NCBI RefSeq assembly: GCF_006345805.1
Contig: NC_043004.1
Span: forward strand, 9,486,001-9,550,000
Length of the DNA stretch: 64,000 nucleotides
DNA from: Octopus sinensis
Taxonomy: Eukaryota
Direction of reading: 5' to 3'
Part shown: in pieces, positions 13,276 through 25,026 of the stretch
Layout of the letters: each line of letters starts with the position of its first letter
Numbering within the stretch: position 1 is the first letter of the stretch
Translations under genes and position numbers: made by a program
Notes under the pieces: generated by a model
What the model was told of the DNA's origin: nothing
Databases searched by the model: none
Seen by the model: the letters and a program-made list of their open reading frames with translations, nothing else

Positions 13276-13587
13276 CTTGTAAAGAAAAGTTGTACAAGCA
13301 CGTAGAGTTGCGTTAAATAAGTTAAAAACGTATAATAAGTGCACGAACAAACGGGAACACAAACTGGAGGGGAAATTGCCAAACGCTGTTGCCAATAATC
13401 TGGAGGAAATAACACCAAACCTCAGTCTTTGGTGATGTAACGCTTCTAATGATAATAAATCATTAATTCTGAGCGCAAATTCTATCACGTTTAGATTTTT
13501 CACTTCATTGTAACGAACTTAAGGAAATAATACTTGTAATATGTTGGGGAGGATTCAATTAACATTAAATCATAGGTGAAAATAAGG

Positions 13588-13790
13588 CGGCGGGTGGCAA
13601 GATCGTCAGCAAGAGGAATGAAATACTTGCTGGCATTTCTTCCCGATCTCTACGTTCTGAGTTCAAATCCCACCGAGGTCAACTTTGCCTTCCATCCCTT
13701 CGAGAAAATAAAGTACCTGTCAAGGCCCGTGGTCGATGTAATCGATCTACCTCCGCCCCTCAAAATTCCTGACTGTGGACCGTGCAACAG
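13588..13790 (+). mobile_element. SINE-A (tail type 2), decayed
   Basis: ACGTTCTGAGTTCAAATCCCACCGAGGTCAACTTTGCCTTCCATCCCTTCG core shared with the other SINE-A copies. Confidence 0.82.
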
Positions 13791-13952
13791 ATCAGTCTCT
13801 CCTTTGGGAGACTGTTTTAATTTCAGTCACTTCGACGCCACGGAAACTGATCCCTTATGAGTTTTAGGGACCAAGAAAGATAAATAAAAAAAGAAAAAAA
13901 CATCCGTACACACACATATATATATACATGTATGTATATGTACATATTCATA

Positions 13953-15627
13953 TCTATTATATAAAAGTCAATGTCTTTATGTGTTCGTGTATTATTTATA
14001 CATTCGAAAACTGCTTCACCGATCCTAATGAAATTTGGAACACAAAATCGAAGCCCAGGGAGAAGGGTAATGCTGTGTGTTTCATACAATTTCATGGACC
14101 AAAATTACTGAATGGATCCTTATGATATTTGAAACTTAGTTTCGATGCATAAGGGCGGGTATAATGCAATATGTTTGGTCTCAATTTCAGATGGCTTAAA
14201 GGGAGCAGAACCCCCATGAAAATTCATAAATTTTTCGATGCTTATGAAATTTCAACCATGGGTAATTGACATACATCAAGAAGTATTCTCAAAGTTTCCA
14301 CTTCACATGAGGATTTTAAGACTCCGTAATGGGGGCCTTAACTCCAAAATTTTAGTCAATTTGTTTTATGATCCAAAACTAGGTCAAAAGTACTGAATGG
14401 ATTTTTACGAAATTTGGAAATTATATTCTATGCATAAGGGCCACAACCCCCATGGAAATTCATATTTTTTGCTGTTGATGAAATTTTAACCATGTATATT
14501 AGACACAAATGAAGTAATATTTATAAAATCTCATATTAGAAGTTAGAAAAACCCTATCATGGAGACTTAACACCCACAATTTTGTCATTTTATCTAAACA
14601 AAGACGAATACAGTTGTGCTCTTTGAAGCTATAGGGTTACCCGAGCATAAAAGATGAGCATCATTTGTAATTCTATGTTACAACAGTGTAAGAGTTTGCT
14701 TTGAGATATACTTAGATCGTGATTTCTGCAATGTGCTGCATAAATTGTCAAGTAAATGAGAGGTATCTTTGCCTCCACTGATTCAGTTGCAAAGTGTTGA
14801 GTAAAGCTATTTGGATGCAGACCTCCTTTCAGTTTTTTTATCATCACTAGGTCACGCATAGTCCCCAGATGGTAACGTTGAGTTCAAGGCCTTTCCAGAT
14901 GAGTGACTGGTTATTCAAAGACATTTATAGATTGTAAATTTATTCTGTCCAGTTACGTATCAGTATAGAGGTCATTTTCAAACTCCAACTTTCGTTTCTC
15001 CTTAGCCCTCACGTCACACAGCTGTTAATGTTTATTTCAATTGGGTCACGCCCTTCCAATTGCTATAGATCTGTAATGCATCTTACGGCTGTGCCTGTCA
15101 ACTGTATGGTAAGGAATCCTTCATTGGGAGTGGTAACGACTAAGGTAGGGTAGCTGACTGCTTATTGTAATCATTCGTCTTTTGGTTTCCTGTAGCTTTG
15201 CTCTCTTTTACAAACTCAGTGAACATATATTTCCTATTTCAAAGAAATTCAAACAATAGATATAAGACTCAAGTTAAAAAGATTCTCAACAATTCAACTT
15301 CTTTGGTTGACATTAAGACGCCCACCCCCAATAGGGGCCTTAACTTCCTCATTTTAGAGCTCCATGACCTCCATTTTTCAAGAGCAAAATCATTTTAACA
15401 GGATCTATAAGACTGGAATTTTGGAATCTGCGCATAAAGATCAGTAGTTTGGGATACATGTGTCATGATTACAATTTTTTTAGGGTGTGTAAAGAGGGAA
15501 AAAACCCTCATCTGCAGTTTTGATAAAATTCGAAACATAGGTATTACAGTTCATTGCAGAAAATATAACGGAAAAGTCTAATTCTTCAATTGCATGTAAC
15601 ACAGGCAACGCCGGGTATCTCTGCTAG
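13953..15627 (+). mobile_element. Non-autonomous Helitron (~1.67 kb)
   Basis: 5' A|TCTATTATATAAAAG at 13953. 3' GGCAACGCCGGG hairpin region, then CTAG|T at 15624-15627 (A-T target, no TSD). Internal ~285-bp imperfect tandem subrepeats (TACTGAATGGAT...ATGCATAAGGGC at 14107 and 14391). Confidence 0.78.
14615..14895 (-). pseudogene. Helitron RepHel PIF1-like helicase C-terminal remnant
   Basis: Decayed motifs appear in the correct order: ALNSTLPSG; LVMIKKL; FATESVEAKIPLI (cf. YAGEDVFIPRIPLI); TIxK..SQ(SK/KQT)L (cf. TINKSQGQTL); G*PY.A.SR (cf. GQLYVALSR). Confidence 0.6.
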
Positions 15628-15639
15628 TATATATGTATG

Positions 15640-15686
<47 letters not shown>

Positions 15687-15699
15687 AATATACATAATC

Positions 15700-15895
15700 A
15701 GATAAAAAGTGACAAAGAAAAAGAAAAGAAAACAACGAGCGTGAGGTCGTACACAAAAAGTATATAAGGTTGACGCTCGGTGAAAGGAGAGTTTAACGTT
15801 TCGAGCACGGCTCTTCGTCGGAAAGGAGAAAGGGAAAAGTCCAAAGAAGGAGGAGAAGAAGAAATCGCTAACGGGTCACGTGTAGTTACATTGCG
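15700..15895 (-). repeat. Penelope-pLTR-like dispersed repeat with decayed hammerhead core
   Basis: Homologous to 24420-24600 and 17360-17450. The minus strand reads CCGACGA-AGAGC-CGT-GCTC-GAAAC-GTT-AAAC. Confidence 0.6.
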
Positions 15896-16676
15896 TACAT
15901 GCGTATATACACATTTATATACATTGTATTTATACAGAAACACACCCATATCTTTATATACATAGATATATGTATAGATATGTTAATATATGTGCATACA
16001 CACTTATATATACATACATGCATGTATACATATATACATGTATTTATTTATACATATTTATGCAAGGATATAAGTATGTGCATATACACACATATATACA
16101 TATGTAAACACACACAGACACACAGACACACAGACACATTTATTTATATTTTTTCATTGATGTATTTCGGTTGCCATCTTCGGTTCGCTTCGGAGCAACG
16201 GAAAAGAAAGCTATATATTAGTGGCTAATAATAATCAACGTCATCGCATGACACGGATAAATATGTACACAGTTGCTTACTGACGAGCGCCAAGGAGCGA
16301 AATCATGAGGTGGAGCGGACAAGGGTGATGGCGGTAATAATGTGTCTTCCTTGATCGTAACCCGGGAGGATGTCATGAGACCTGATCCATAAACACGTCG
16401 CCGACAAACAGGGACTTTCATTAAGTGCTTTTTACACACTTCTTTGTAATTTTATGTGCATATATATGAAGACTTTGTTTAGCTCATCTTCCATGTTGGT
16501 TTATACTCCTTTCTCTCTCACTCCCGCCCTCTTTCTCTCTCACCCTCTCTTACTCTCTTTCTCTATCTCTCACTCTCTTTCTCCTACCTATTTCCGTTGT
16601 TTTTGCTCTCGTTTGAACTTTTAGTTCTTTATATCTTTTAACTAATTTTCGTTTTTATGTCTGTGTTTGAATATCT

Positions 16677-16711
16677 ATGTATGTATGTATGTATGTATGT
16701 ATGTATGTATG

Positions 16712-16784
<73 letters not shown>

Positions 16785-16795
16785 GTCTGTCTGTC
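16677..16795. repeat. (TATG)n(TATC)n microsatellite
   Basis: Directly visible. Confidence 0.97.
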
Positions 16796-17454
16796 TATTT
16801 ATTTTCATTCTTACACACACACTTTCATGCGTTTTTATGTGCGTATGTAATACCGAGTCGCAATGAGAGTGACCAGGAGGAAAGGATAGATAGATAGATA
16901 GATAGATAAAGAGGGGAGAGAGAGGCGGAGAGAGATTTTGTACGAATGGTTGGCATATGAAAAGATAAGTGTGCAGTTATTAGCCACAGCAGTGAAGACT
17001 ATTTTCCCTCTCCCTATATCAGATATACGAATTCTTATCCGACCTGGCTGCATGCCTGCTCCCATTAAAATGGCCTGGAGAGGCCGAAATGTATCTGGTG
17101 CTCTGACCGACCGCCACTGCGACATATTCTTTTCTGTCTGTCTGTCTCTGCCCCTCTTTCACTCCTCTCATATTTATTATGTTTGTGACACAAAGTTCAT
17201 AAGAGATGTTATCCCAGGACAAACACTACCATATCAATAGTGTGTACACATCAAGTGTGATACATACATGGTTATTTTAATTGTCCCAAATTGCGCATGC
17301 ATGCATACATACATATATACAAACATATATACATACATACATACATATATATATATATATGGAGAATTCACGAAAAAACAAACAAAAGACGAAGACAGGT
17401 GGTGTAGAAAACAAACAGATGTATTAGCATAACGCTCGGGTATTGAATTATATA

Positions 17455-17885
17455 TATATATAATTGATGAGCGAAACGCAAGATGGATTCCGTACTAAAC
17501 TTTATTCAGCTTGACGGTCGTTTTGACCCATCCTGAAGTTGTCCCGTAGGAGTAGGATATTGTGTATCTAATCGTGTTGCATCAATCAGTGCAGGCTGTG
17601 TCACTTCAGGTGTAGAAAAAGATATCCTCCAAGGTAGACTAAGTTCTCCTTGGCAGGTTGTCCTCGTTCGTTGTAAATGCCAAGGAGAACTCAATATATC
17701 CAGTGGGAAATATCTTTTTACACCAAGCACTCGACGTAACGCAGTATGCACTGATTGATGCACCACAACTAGAAGACGAACAATTTCCTACCGCTATGGG
17801 ATTGATGCAGGATGGGTCGAAACGATTGTCCTGCTGAGTAAATATTCGTACTAAATCCATCTTCCGTTTCCTTTATTAACTATAA
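17455..17885. repeat. ~430-bp imperfect foldback (palindromic) element
   Basis: Nested inverted matches: outer AAGATGGATT..GTAC...GACCCATCCTG / CAGGATGGGTC...AATCCATCTT; middle TGCATCAATCAGTGCA / TGCACTGATTGATGCA; perfect 14-bp centre AGTTCTCCTTGGCA (17642) / TGCCAAGGAGAACT (17678). Confidence 0.85.
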
Positions 17886-17983
17886 ATTCAACAAACACTG
17901 CGGATTTCCCGACGTAGATCCAGTCAAAATGTACAAATTAACACAAGCTCACACGCGCGCGAACACACACACACACACACACA

Positions 17984-18036
<53 letters not shown>

Positions 18037-18128
18037 CTCACATGCCCTTATGTGTACATGGTTTTAATTGTCTTTAAAAGCTCGATTAAACGAACAAAAG
18101 CGCTAATAAAGAATTATCCAGAATTCTA

Positions 18129-19165
18129 TTAGGATGTCAAGAAAGTTCTTGCGGTTTTTAACCTTTAAATTCAGATGCACATATCTCGGCTCAAACAAAA
18201 CTTAATTAATCGAAATAAACACCAGCAGATTCAACACACTTTTGCCAACGCGAAACAAGTTTATTGATGCCAGTAGCGTAAAAATCCTGCGTTCTGGTGG
18301 TGATGAAGTCGTTGAAGGCGTGGTTTTTCATCGTCTTAATTTTTTAAGCATTTCTCAAGCAGGAAGTTGTCGAGATATTTGAAAAAGTGGTAGTCAGCAG
18401 GCGAGAGGTCTGGTGAGTATGGCGGATGGGTGAGGCAGAGTTCCGTAGCCCAATTCGTTCAACTTCTGCAGGGTCAGTTGTGCGACGTGCGGCCGAGCGT
18501 TGTCATGGAGAAGAGTTGGCCCTTTTCTATAGACCAATGCTGGCTATTGTCGGAGTTTCTTATGCAGTTCATCCATTTGCTGACAGTACTTCTCTGCCGT
18601 AATAGTTTCGCCTGGATCCAAAAAGCTGTGGTGGATGAGACCGGACACAGACCACCAAACAGTCACCATGACCTTCTTTTGCTGCAACTTTGGCTTCGGG
18701 AAGTGCCATGGAACTTTGTCGGCGTGCAACCACTGAGCTGAGCATCACCAGTTATCGTAAAGAATCCACTTTTCATCGCAAGTCAAAATCCGGTCGAGAA
18801 ACGGGTCATTCTTGTTGCGTAAAAGAAGAGAAGACGAGATTCCAAAACGTTTTTTTTTTTTTTGGTTGTCGCTCAATTTGTGCGGCACCCATTTCTCAAG
18901 TATTTTTTTTTCCAATCTCTTTCAAGTCGTTGGGAATTGTCGTATATGTTACGTCTAATTCAGAAGCAAGCTCTCGAACAGTTGTGCGTCGATTGGCTTC
19001 GACTAAGTTTATCGTTGTCATCATCCGATGGATGACCACTACGCTTATCATCTTCAAGATTCTCATCACCGCGACGAAATTTCTTGAACTACCTTTGTGC
19101 TGCACGTTCATTAGTGGTTCCTGGGCCAAATGCATCATTGATATCGCGAGCTGTTTCAACTAACT
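18129..19165 (-). mobile_element. mariner element A (Hsmar1/cecropia-like), missing 5' end, decayed
   Basis: TA followed by TIR TTAGGATGTCAAGAAAGTTCTTGCGGTTTT. Transposase fragments ETARDINDAFG, PKPKLQQKKVMVTVWWSVSGLIH and HPPYSPDLSPADYHFFKYLDNFL. Confidence 0.88.
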
Positions 19166-19935
19166 TCAGCCGCTCAAGCTGCTCGCAGTAGATCTCTTTT
19201 GATATTTTGTTTTGGGTTTAGAAGTTCAAAGTGGACTAAACCTTTCATATCCCACCGAACAGATAACAACACGTGGGTGAAGACTTTCTTTAGCCTGGGG
19301 TGTCGGGGCTTCTCCCATCCCTACCCACTGTCTTCGGCGTGTGACATTTTTATAGAGAACCCATTTCTCGTCATCCATCACAAGATTCATTCGTGAGACG
19401 TGACAGCAAAGAAAATCACATTCACTTTCCTTGCGCAAGTTTGTGAGGAACCCACTGACCCAGTTTGCTGACTTTTCGGATGGCACGCAGGTATCGATGA
19501 ATGATTGCATCACCAAATCCAAAATTTCTGCTAGTTCCTTAACAGTTACAATGGGATTTTGTTGCACCAAGGTTTGCAGGGCATCCTCGTCGAACACTAC
19601 TGATCTTCCAGGATGAAGCTCATCTTTTAGTCTGTAGTTTCCGGTTCAGAATTTGTGGAACCACCGTTGACACTGGATTACGCTTATTGTCCGGTCCCCC
19701 CAAAACTGCATTGATATTTCTCACAATGTCCGTTGCAATGTTGCCTTTATTTAACTCAACGCCAAATATGTTCCTCTGTCACTTCCATTACAGCTTTGAA
19801 AAGAAACTGTTAAAACTCCAACTCCACTCTTCAAAATCACTACCTGCTTTTATTGCAAGTTGATGCAGGTAGTTTACCCACGCTCCCTCTTTTAGTTCAT
19901 GTAATTGAAAAAATCCGCATTATTTATGACATGAT

Positions 19936-19939
<4 letters not shown>
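19165..19939 (-). mobile_element. mariner element B (different subfamily), missing 3' half
   Basis: TIR TAGGATCATGTCATAAATAATGCGGATTTTTT with TA at 19940. Transposase fragments FDEDALQTLVQQNPIVTVKELAE, DDEKWVLYKNV and EIYCEQLERLK. Confidence 0.85.
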
Positions 19940-19974
<35 letters not shown>

Positions 19975-21359
19975 TTAATCCATGCATTCTGCCTGTCCAT
20001 CTCGCTCGACGTTCCATTTCTTACTTTTGTATTGTCTGTGGGTTGCCTCTATATATTTATGTATAAATGTAATACATGTGTGTGCTTTAGCATGTATGTA
20101 TGCTTATATGTATTTGTCTACGTGTACGTGATATAGAAATAAGCATGTACACACAAGGGCGTGTAAATGTATGTGTGTGTATATATATATATATAGATAT
20201 GTATGTATGTATATATATATATGGTGTGACTGCTTTCCGTTTTGATCTAGGTTAGTTGCCTTCCAAGACAAGAAACTGCAGAAATCTGTAGAAAGTTTTG
20301 GAAACGGAAAGAAACATAGCGCCATTGGTCTGCCTGAGTTTATATATTCACTGGGGAAGATAACAGTGCAAATTAGAGGCATTAAGTGAATACGAACGGT
20401 ATAACGAACTTACAGGTGTGTGTATATATACATAGTACATATATATAATTATATATATATATATTTATGCATATATATATATATATATTATATATATATA
20501 TATTATATATATATATATATATATATGGATATATAGATGTATACATATACATTTATTTATGTATATGTATTTGTATATCTATGGGTGCATACGTATGTGT
20601 GTGTGTGTGTGTCAGGCTGGCGTCTAGCATTTGCAGCTCTACATGATTTACGGCGAGGTTAATTGGAAAATGGCGCTTTTCTCCATTTCTAATAACTTTA
20701 GGCCAATCAACACAACATAACATACGACGTACAACAACACAACACCGTACAAACAATATAATACAACACTGCATCACATCACTATACAATAAAACATACA
20801 ACTCACTACCCCGTAGTGACTTCATCATCGACGTAGAAGCATATTGCGCACGCACACACACACGCGTTTACATAGAAGAGACTTGTATTAATTACTCCAA
20901 CCCTTCTTTGGTCGTTCATTATTTTTCCTTCACTTTGTTCTATTTTTTCTTTGTTTACTTTTTCATTCTTTGTTTACTTTGCTGGGTTTTTTTCTTTCTG
21001 CATTTATTTCATCTTTCTTTCTTCTTTTCATTCTTTCTGCATCTTTTGCTCGTTTTCTTTCCAGATTATTATTTGTGTGTGCATAAGTGTATGCATCTAT
21101 GTTTGTATGTACGGATGCTATTATTTACATTTTTATTTCCAGATTTCCTGCCAATGGTGAAGGAGCCGCTTTCGAACCTAGATCCAAGGCAGCTTCATTA
21201 GAAGTTTAACATCAACAGGGCAGTTGTGTATGTATGTATGTATGTATGTATGTATGTATGTATGTCCATTTTGCAAGTATTTCGAGTGAAGATCTTTTTT
21301 TGTTATATTCATAGTCACAGATATAAGAGAATGCCTAGACACATGCATATGTAACTGTA

Positions 21360-21660
21360 TGTTAAACTTTTAGAAAGTTTTGCAGATTTTGGCACTTCCA
21401 TGGATGGTTCGGATTTTTCATCTTTTAATCATCTTTCTCCTTTCTAGTTTCGAGTACCCTAATCTCTTAAGATTGTTGCTGTGGCAACTTGTTACATATC
21501 CTAGTGCCCAAATAGTTACGGGCATAAATCTAAACTTGTAACCTAGGCGACGTAACTGTATATTACTCGATAATTCAACATTGGTGTTTTCTTTCTGCTG
21601 GTTTTTAGCTTTATCACAACTGTTGGCCAACTGATTCCCATCCACCACTCTGTCTTGTCT
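21360..21660 (-). mobile_element. RLE-type LINE C-terminal fragment
   Basis: RRLGYKFRFMPVTIWALGYV...NLKRLGY...IHGSAKICKTFL resembles the RLE C-terminus (P-V-x-x-G-A-L-G...G-T-x-x-I) seen in the 62762-63951 ORF. Confidence 0.55.
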
Positions 21661-21826
21661 TTACATCTCGGCATTTGAGCTTTTCACATGGGCATTTCAC
21701 CATTACACTTTCACATTATTTGTAGTTATGGTGTGCAAGACCATACGGTCGGTTCTTATATCTTCCTTCCAACGGATCTCGTTATAAAGTGTATATGTAT
21801 ATACATCTCTCTATCTCTCTCTCTGC

Positions 21827-21857
<31 letters not shown>

Positions 21858-22258
21858 ATTATAACAATAATGTTTTTTTGCAACAAGTTGCTTAACCACA
21901 TACCGAAAATTTTAGAAATAGCAGCCAAAAGGCTACTATTTCCTTTTACTACATAAATAAGTCTCCACAGACAACAATATTTGTTACTAACATATGGCAA
22001 AAAAAAAAGAAGAAAAATAATGAAATCACACAGTCTTCGGTTAATTATGGACGTACGTTTCTGGATTAGAATCATAAGACTCATTTCCTTCATCGACATA
22101 ATATTCCTATAAATCTAGAAATGCTAGGAAAACTTACCTCCTATATTTTCGATCAAGCGACATGGAAAAATATAAAAGCTAATCAGCGTATCCACATTTA
22201 TATCGAGTAGTGAATTCGTATTTCCCTCCAGAATTTTTACCACGTGTTGTCTGTGGAG

Positions 22259-23730
22259 ACTACAGACCTATCTCTCTGACCTCACACATCAGCAAGGTCA
22301 TGGAACGAATAGTCAGAAGGAAAGTAGTCACCTTCCTCGAATAAAATGACTTGCTGCCTGACACCCAACATGGTTTCCGACCAGGAAGAAGCTGCCTAAC
22401 TCAGCTCCTACAACACTATGACTGGGTGCTGAAACGACTGCTCAACCACTCAAATGTGGAAGTCATATATCTCGACTTTGCAAAGGCCTTTGATAAAGTC
22501 GATCATGGAATGATATGTCACAAACTACGTGATCTTAGCATAGTTGGAAAATTGGGAGAATGGCTTCATGACTTTCTGAAGGATAGAAGTCAGGTGGTAG
22601 TAGCCAATGGGACCACCTACAATAACACGCAAATAGTGAGCGGTGTTCCGCAAGGCACTGTTTTGGGACCACTACTGTTCATAATGGCCCTCTCAGACAT
22701 GCCCTCAGCCACGCAGAGAGTCACAACCACAAGTTATGCAGATGATACAAAAGTTTCACAGGTAATACAGAAGCCTGAAGACACTATGCACCTGCAATGT
22801 GAGCTGGACAAAATATACAAGTGGGCTGAAAAGAATAGCATGCAGTTCAATGCTGAAAAGTTTCAAGCTTTATACTATCAGCATGCAAAACTAAATGCAA
22901 TACCCAATAAATATACTGGACCTGGAAGGATAGCAATCCCAGAGTCACAATCAGTGCGAGACCTAGGTATTTACATGAGTAATGATGCAACCTTTCATGT
23001 GCATGTTACTAAATTGGCAATAAAATGTAGGCGGCTGACCGGATGGATTCTTAGAACCTTTAGAACAAGAGACCAGGAAACCATGATGGTCCTCTGGAGG
23101 ACATTTGTCCTAAGCCACTTTGACTATTGCTCTCAGCTATGGTCACCATCCAGTATCAAGTTAATCACAGAACTTGAGGCGATCCAACGAAGCTACACGA
23201 AGAAGATTGCCTCTGTGCAGCATATAAGCTACAGGGAAAGACTCAAGATATTAAGACTCTATTCCTTAGAGCGTAGGCGAAAAAGATATGCCATAATATA
23301 CATCTGGAAGATCCTAGAAGGACTTGTCCAAAATTTTGGCATCGAGAGTTACACAAATACTAGAACTGGGCACCACTGCATAGTGCCAAGGACTCCAAAT
23401 TTGCCATCAAGATGTAGGACAAGATACTGTGATAGCCTGGGCTTCAGAGGCCCACAGCTCTTCAATATCCTCCCTAAGGACCTGAGAAACCTGCATGGGG
23501 TGGATGCAGATGTCTTTAAAATAAAACTGGATCTCTTCCTGTCAGGTTTCCCAGATGAACCAACTTCACGGCAGGAGGTGCAGATGAGGGCAGCTGCATC
23601 GAATTCTCTCATGCACCAAATGGCAATTGCTAAAAAGCATCTGTGAAGTAAAATCATGTAGCAACACCAAAAGGCAGTGCCCCAGCATGGCCACAACTCG
23701 TGAGCTGAAACTAGATAAAATAAAATAAAA
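22259..23730 (+). mobile_element. CR1/L2-group LINE, 5'-truncated, copy 2
   Basis: Begins inside RT (YRPISLTSH). Stop codon upstream of the ORF (GAATAAAAT). Complete 3' UTR with (TAAAA)n tail. Same family as 13-2928, opposite orientation. Confidence 0.93.
22351..23646 (+). pseudogene. LINE ORF2 RT domain and C-terminus (open for 431 aa but 5'-truncated)
   Basis: YLDFAKAFDKVDH, GVPQGTVLGPLLF, YADDTK, LYSLERRR. Lacks the endonuclease and ORF1. Confidence 0.92.
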
Positions 23731-23775
23731 AATATACATACATGTATATATATATGTGTGTGTATTTTATATATT

Positions 23776-23829
<54 letters not shown>

Positions 23830-23849
23830 CATACACACACACACACACA

Positions 23850-24222
23850 CAAAGATAGATTGATATCTACGACTGAGTGGGCAAACAAAAATACGAGACA
23901 CTGTCTAGTGCTTTTTTTTATTTTGATAAGCCAGGTACTTATTCTATCAGATTCTTGTCAAACCAGTAAGTTATGGAGATGTAAATAAACGAACAGCAGT
24001 TACGAAACAGTGATGAGGGAGAAACACAGAGACAAAGACACACATACACTTACATATACAATTGATTTCTTTCAGTTTCTGCCTACGAAATCCACTGACA
24101 AGGCTTTGGTCGGTCTGAAGCTGTAGCAGAAGACACATGCCAAGTCACCACACAGTGGGACTGAACCCAGGACTATATGTTTTGGAACCAAGTTTCTTAC
24201 CACACAGCCACACCTGCACCTA
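23850..24222 (-). mobile_element. SINE-B, decayed near-full copy
   Basis: Head AGGTGCAGGTGTGGCTGTGTGGTAAG...GGGTTCAGTCCCACTG on the minus strand; the body aligns to 48333-48708. Confidence 0.82.
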
Positions 24223-24326
24223 TGTGTGTGTGTGTGTATATGGGTATATATATATATATATATATATGCATGTATATATGTGTACATATTGCATGTACAT
24301 CTATATATATACAACTAAACCTATAC

Positions 24327-24367
<41 letters not shown>

Positions 24368-24419
24368 CACATACATTTGTGCAAATGTATACATATATAT
24401 GTGTGTGTGTATGTGTAGT

Positions 24420-24600
24420 TAATCTAAACATGAAAACACAAAGAGAAAACATAACAACGCGAGAACGTGGAACAAGTATAGTGTTATTGGACACTCAGGA
24501 AAGAAAAGAAAGGAGGATTTAACGGAGCTCTTCGTCAGAAACATAGAAAAAGGAAAGGGAAGACGGAGAAAGAAAATCGCCAACGATACACACGCGGTCA
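24420..24600 (-). repeat. Penelope-pLTR-like repeat (second copy) with partly deleted hammerhead core
   Basis: Aligns to 15700-15895. The minus strand reads GTTT-CTGACGA-AGAGCT-[~10-nt deletion]-CGTTAAAT. Confidence 0.6.
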
Positions 24601-24995
24601 TATATTGAATGTGTATGTATGTATGTATGTATGTATGTATGTATGTATGTATGTATGTATATATATATATGTGTGTGTGTGTGTGTGAGAGAGAGATAAT
24701 AGTTTCACTTTAATAGTTTCAGTATAAAAGTGAAACTTGTTAAAGAGAAAATATCTGACATTGCAATACAGAGATGTTATTGTTTCCCTTTTGACCCGCA
24801 ATACTCAAATAGTGGAGGCGATATGTTATTGGTCTGGTGGGCTCACACTAGGCAAGAAGTTAATATTTTTGGGGCCTATGACACTACATGGACCCTAAGT
24901 AAGGCATGTGTAAAATTTTAAAGAAATTGGTTGTGTAGTTCTCAAGTTTTAGGCATTCACACAGACACACATTCTTATCTTTGTGTGTGTGTATG

Positions 24996-25026
<31 letters not shown>

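Noticed and set aside
16272-16312. Hammerhead-like CTGACGA-GCGCCAAGGAGC-GAAA
   Set aside because: Stem II is plausible, but there is no valid NUH triplet (G at position 17) and no stem I complement.
21142-21226. Exon candidate with a strong acceptor
   Set aside because: Stops occur in all three frames, and AACCTAGATCCAAGG recurs inverted at ~47170, indicating a repeat remnant.
22351-23646. Intact-looking 431-aa RT as a domesticated gene
   Set aside because: It is a 5'-truncated LINE with an upstream stop and the LINE 3' tail. A second, decayed copy is present, and there is no sign of a host promoter or exons.
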